A stretch of 64,000 nucleotides of DNA from an uncultured Actinomycetota bacterium (GTDB lineage Bacteria; Actinomycetota; Actinomycetes; CAVWCF01). This document shows, piece after piece, positions 63,627 to 64,000 of this stretch. The position numbers and the translations under genes were made by a program. Within the stretch, counting starts at the first letter, position 1; the number at the start of each line of letters is the position of its first letter. A model generated the notes under the pieces. That model saw nothing but the letters and a program-made list of their open reading frames with translations. It was not told the origin of the DNA and did not search any database. The DNA lies in the NCBI GenBank assembly GCA_963697565.1, contig CAVOOM010000008.1, forward strand, positions 218,329 through 282,328. Reading direction: 5' to 3'.

Positions 63627-64000
63627 CCGGGTGGGGCGTCGTCGAGCACGGCGCGATCCGGGGCCTGCGCGGACCGCTGCTCGTCGTGGGGGAGGTCGGC
63701 GGCGTCGGCTGGGATGAGTACGTCACGGTCCGGATGGAGGGCGGGCCGGACCGCCACGGCGTCGTGCTTGGAGGTCGACCGGGACCTCGCGGTGGTCCAG
63801 GTGCTGGAGGGCACCGAGGGACTCGACCCGCGCCGGACCCGGGTCCGCTTCGCCGGCGCGCCGCTGCGTGTGCCGGTCGGCGAGGGGTGGCTGGGCCGGG
63901 TGTGCAGCGGCCGCGGGGTCCCGTTGGACGGCGGCCCGCCCGTGCTGGGCGCCGTCGACGCGCCGACCACTGGCGCCCCCCTGAACCCCCTGATGCGCGA
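63623..64000 (+). CDS. atpB: V/A-type ATP synthase subunit B, 3' end outside window; apparent +1 frameshift near 63770
   Basis: ATG overlaps the atpA stop (ATGA); the conserved B-subunit N-terminus continues in the +1 frame after cttGgag (RVPVGEGWLGRVCSGRGVPLDGGPP). Confidence 0.7.
   Translation, partial: MTGWGVVEHGAIRGLRGPLLVVGEVGGVGWDEYVTVRMEGGPDRHGVVLGGRPGPRGGPGAGGHRGTRPAPDPGPLRRRAAACAGRRGVAGPGVQRPRGPVGRRPARAGRRRRADHWRPPEPPDAR

Overview
This is a 64-kb window of high-GC (~72%) actinobacterial chromosome with dense coding on both strands, no CRISPR array, and no intact transposase or integrase. The first 17 kb are syntenic with Mycobacterium tuberculosis Rv3193c–Rv3198c. They hold partial uvrD2, whiB7 with its leader uORF and attenuator, an ABC1/UbiB kinase, a DUF2342 hydrolase, a Nudix hydrolase, a YgjP-like hydrolase, a PDZ–Lon-like protein and a UPF0182 membrane protein. 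An NPP-family phosphodiesterase and a 52-aa zinc-ribbon ORF not in the supplied ORF track are inserted after whiB7. The centre has a SulP permease followed by an intact initiator tRNA-fMet. The 3' 47 nt of that tRNA recur twice downstream, each with conserved flanking arms. These copies bracket an MBL-fold hydrolase pseudogene and an arylsulfatase, which looks like a tandem pair of degenerate tRNA-integrated modules. Downstream are, in order:
- msrA;
- a fatty-acyl-CoA-reductase-like protein next to a protein whose C-terminus is a cyanobacterial-type acyl-ACP reductase (AAR) homolog fused to an unrecognised N-domain;
- a decayed ABC transporter, a DUF2252 gene, ppk2 and pdxH;
- a nifJ-type pyruvate:ferredoxin oxidoreductase and a fused GltD-like/PyrK-like (Nfn-type) oxidoreductase;
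- an AlkB–rubredoxin fusion behind a TTGACAA palindromic operator pair;
- an F420/LLM oxidoreductase, an SDR, a wax-ester synthase, a class I aldolase, and modABC with a MerR–TOBE regulator;
- an AidB-like acyl-CoA dehydrogenase, a PucR regulator, a nitronate monooxygenase, and the start of a V/A-type ATPase operon (I-K-F-E-A-B).
At least 25 apparent frameshifts interrupt otherwise well-conserved genes, almost all between 17 and 64 kb. Those checked at nucleotide level are +1 insertions in G/C contexts, so they are as likely assembly indel errors as true pseudogenes.
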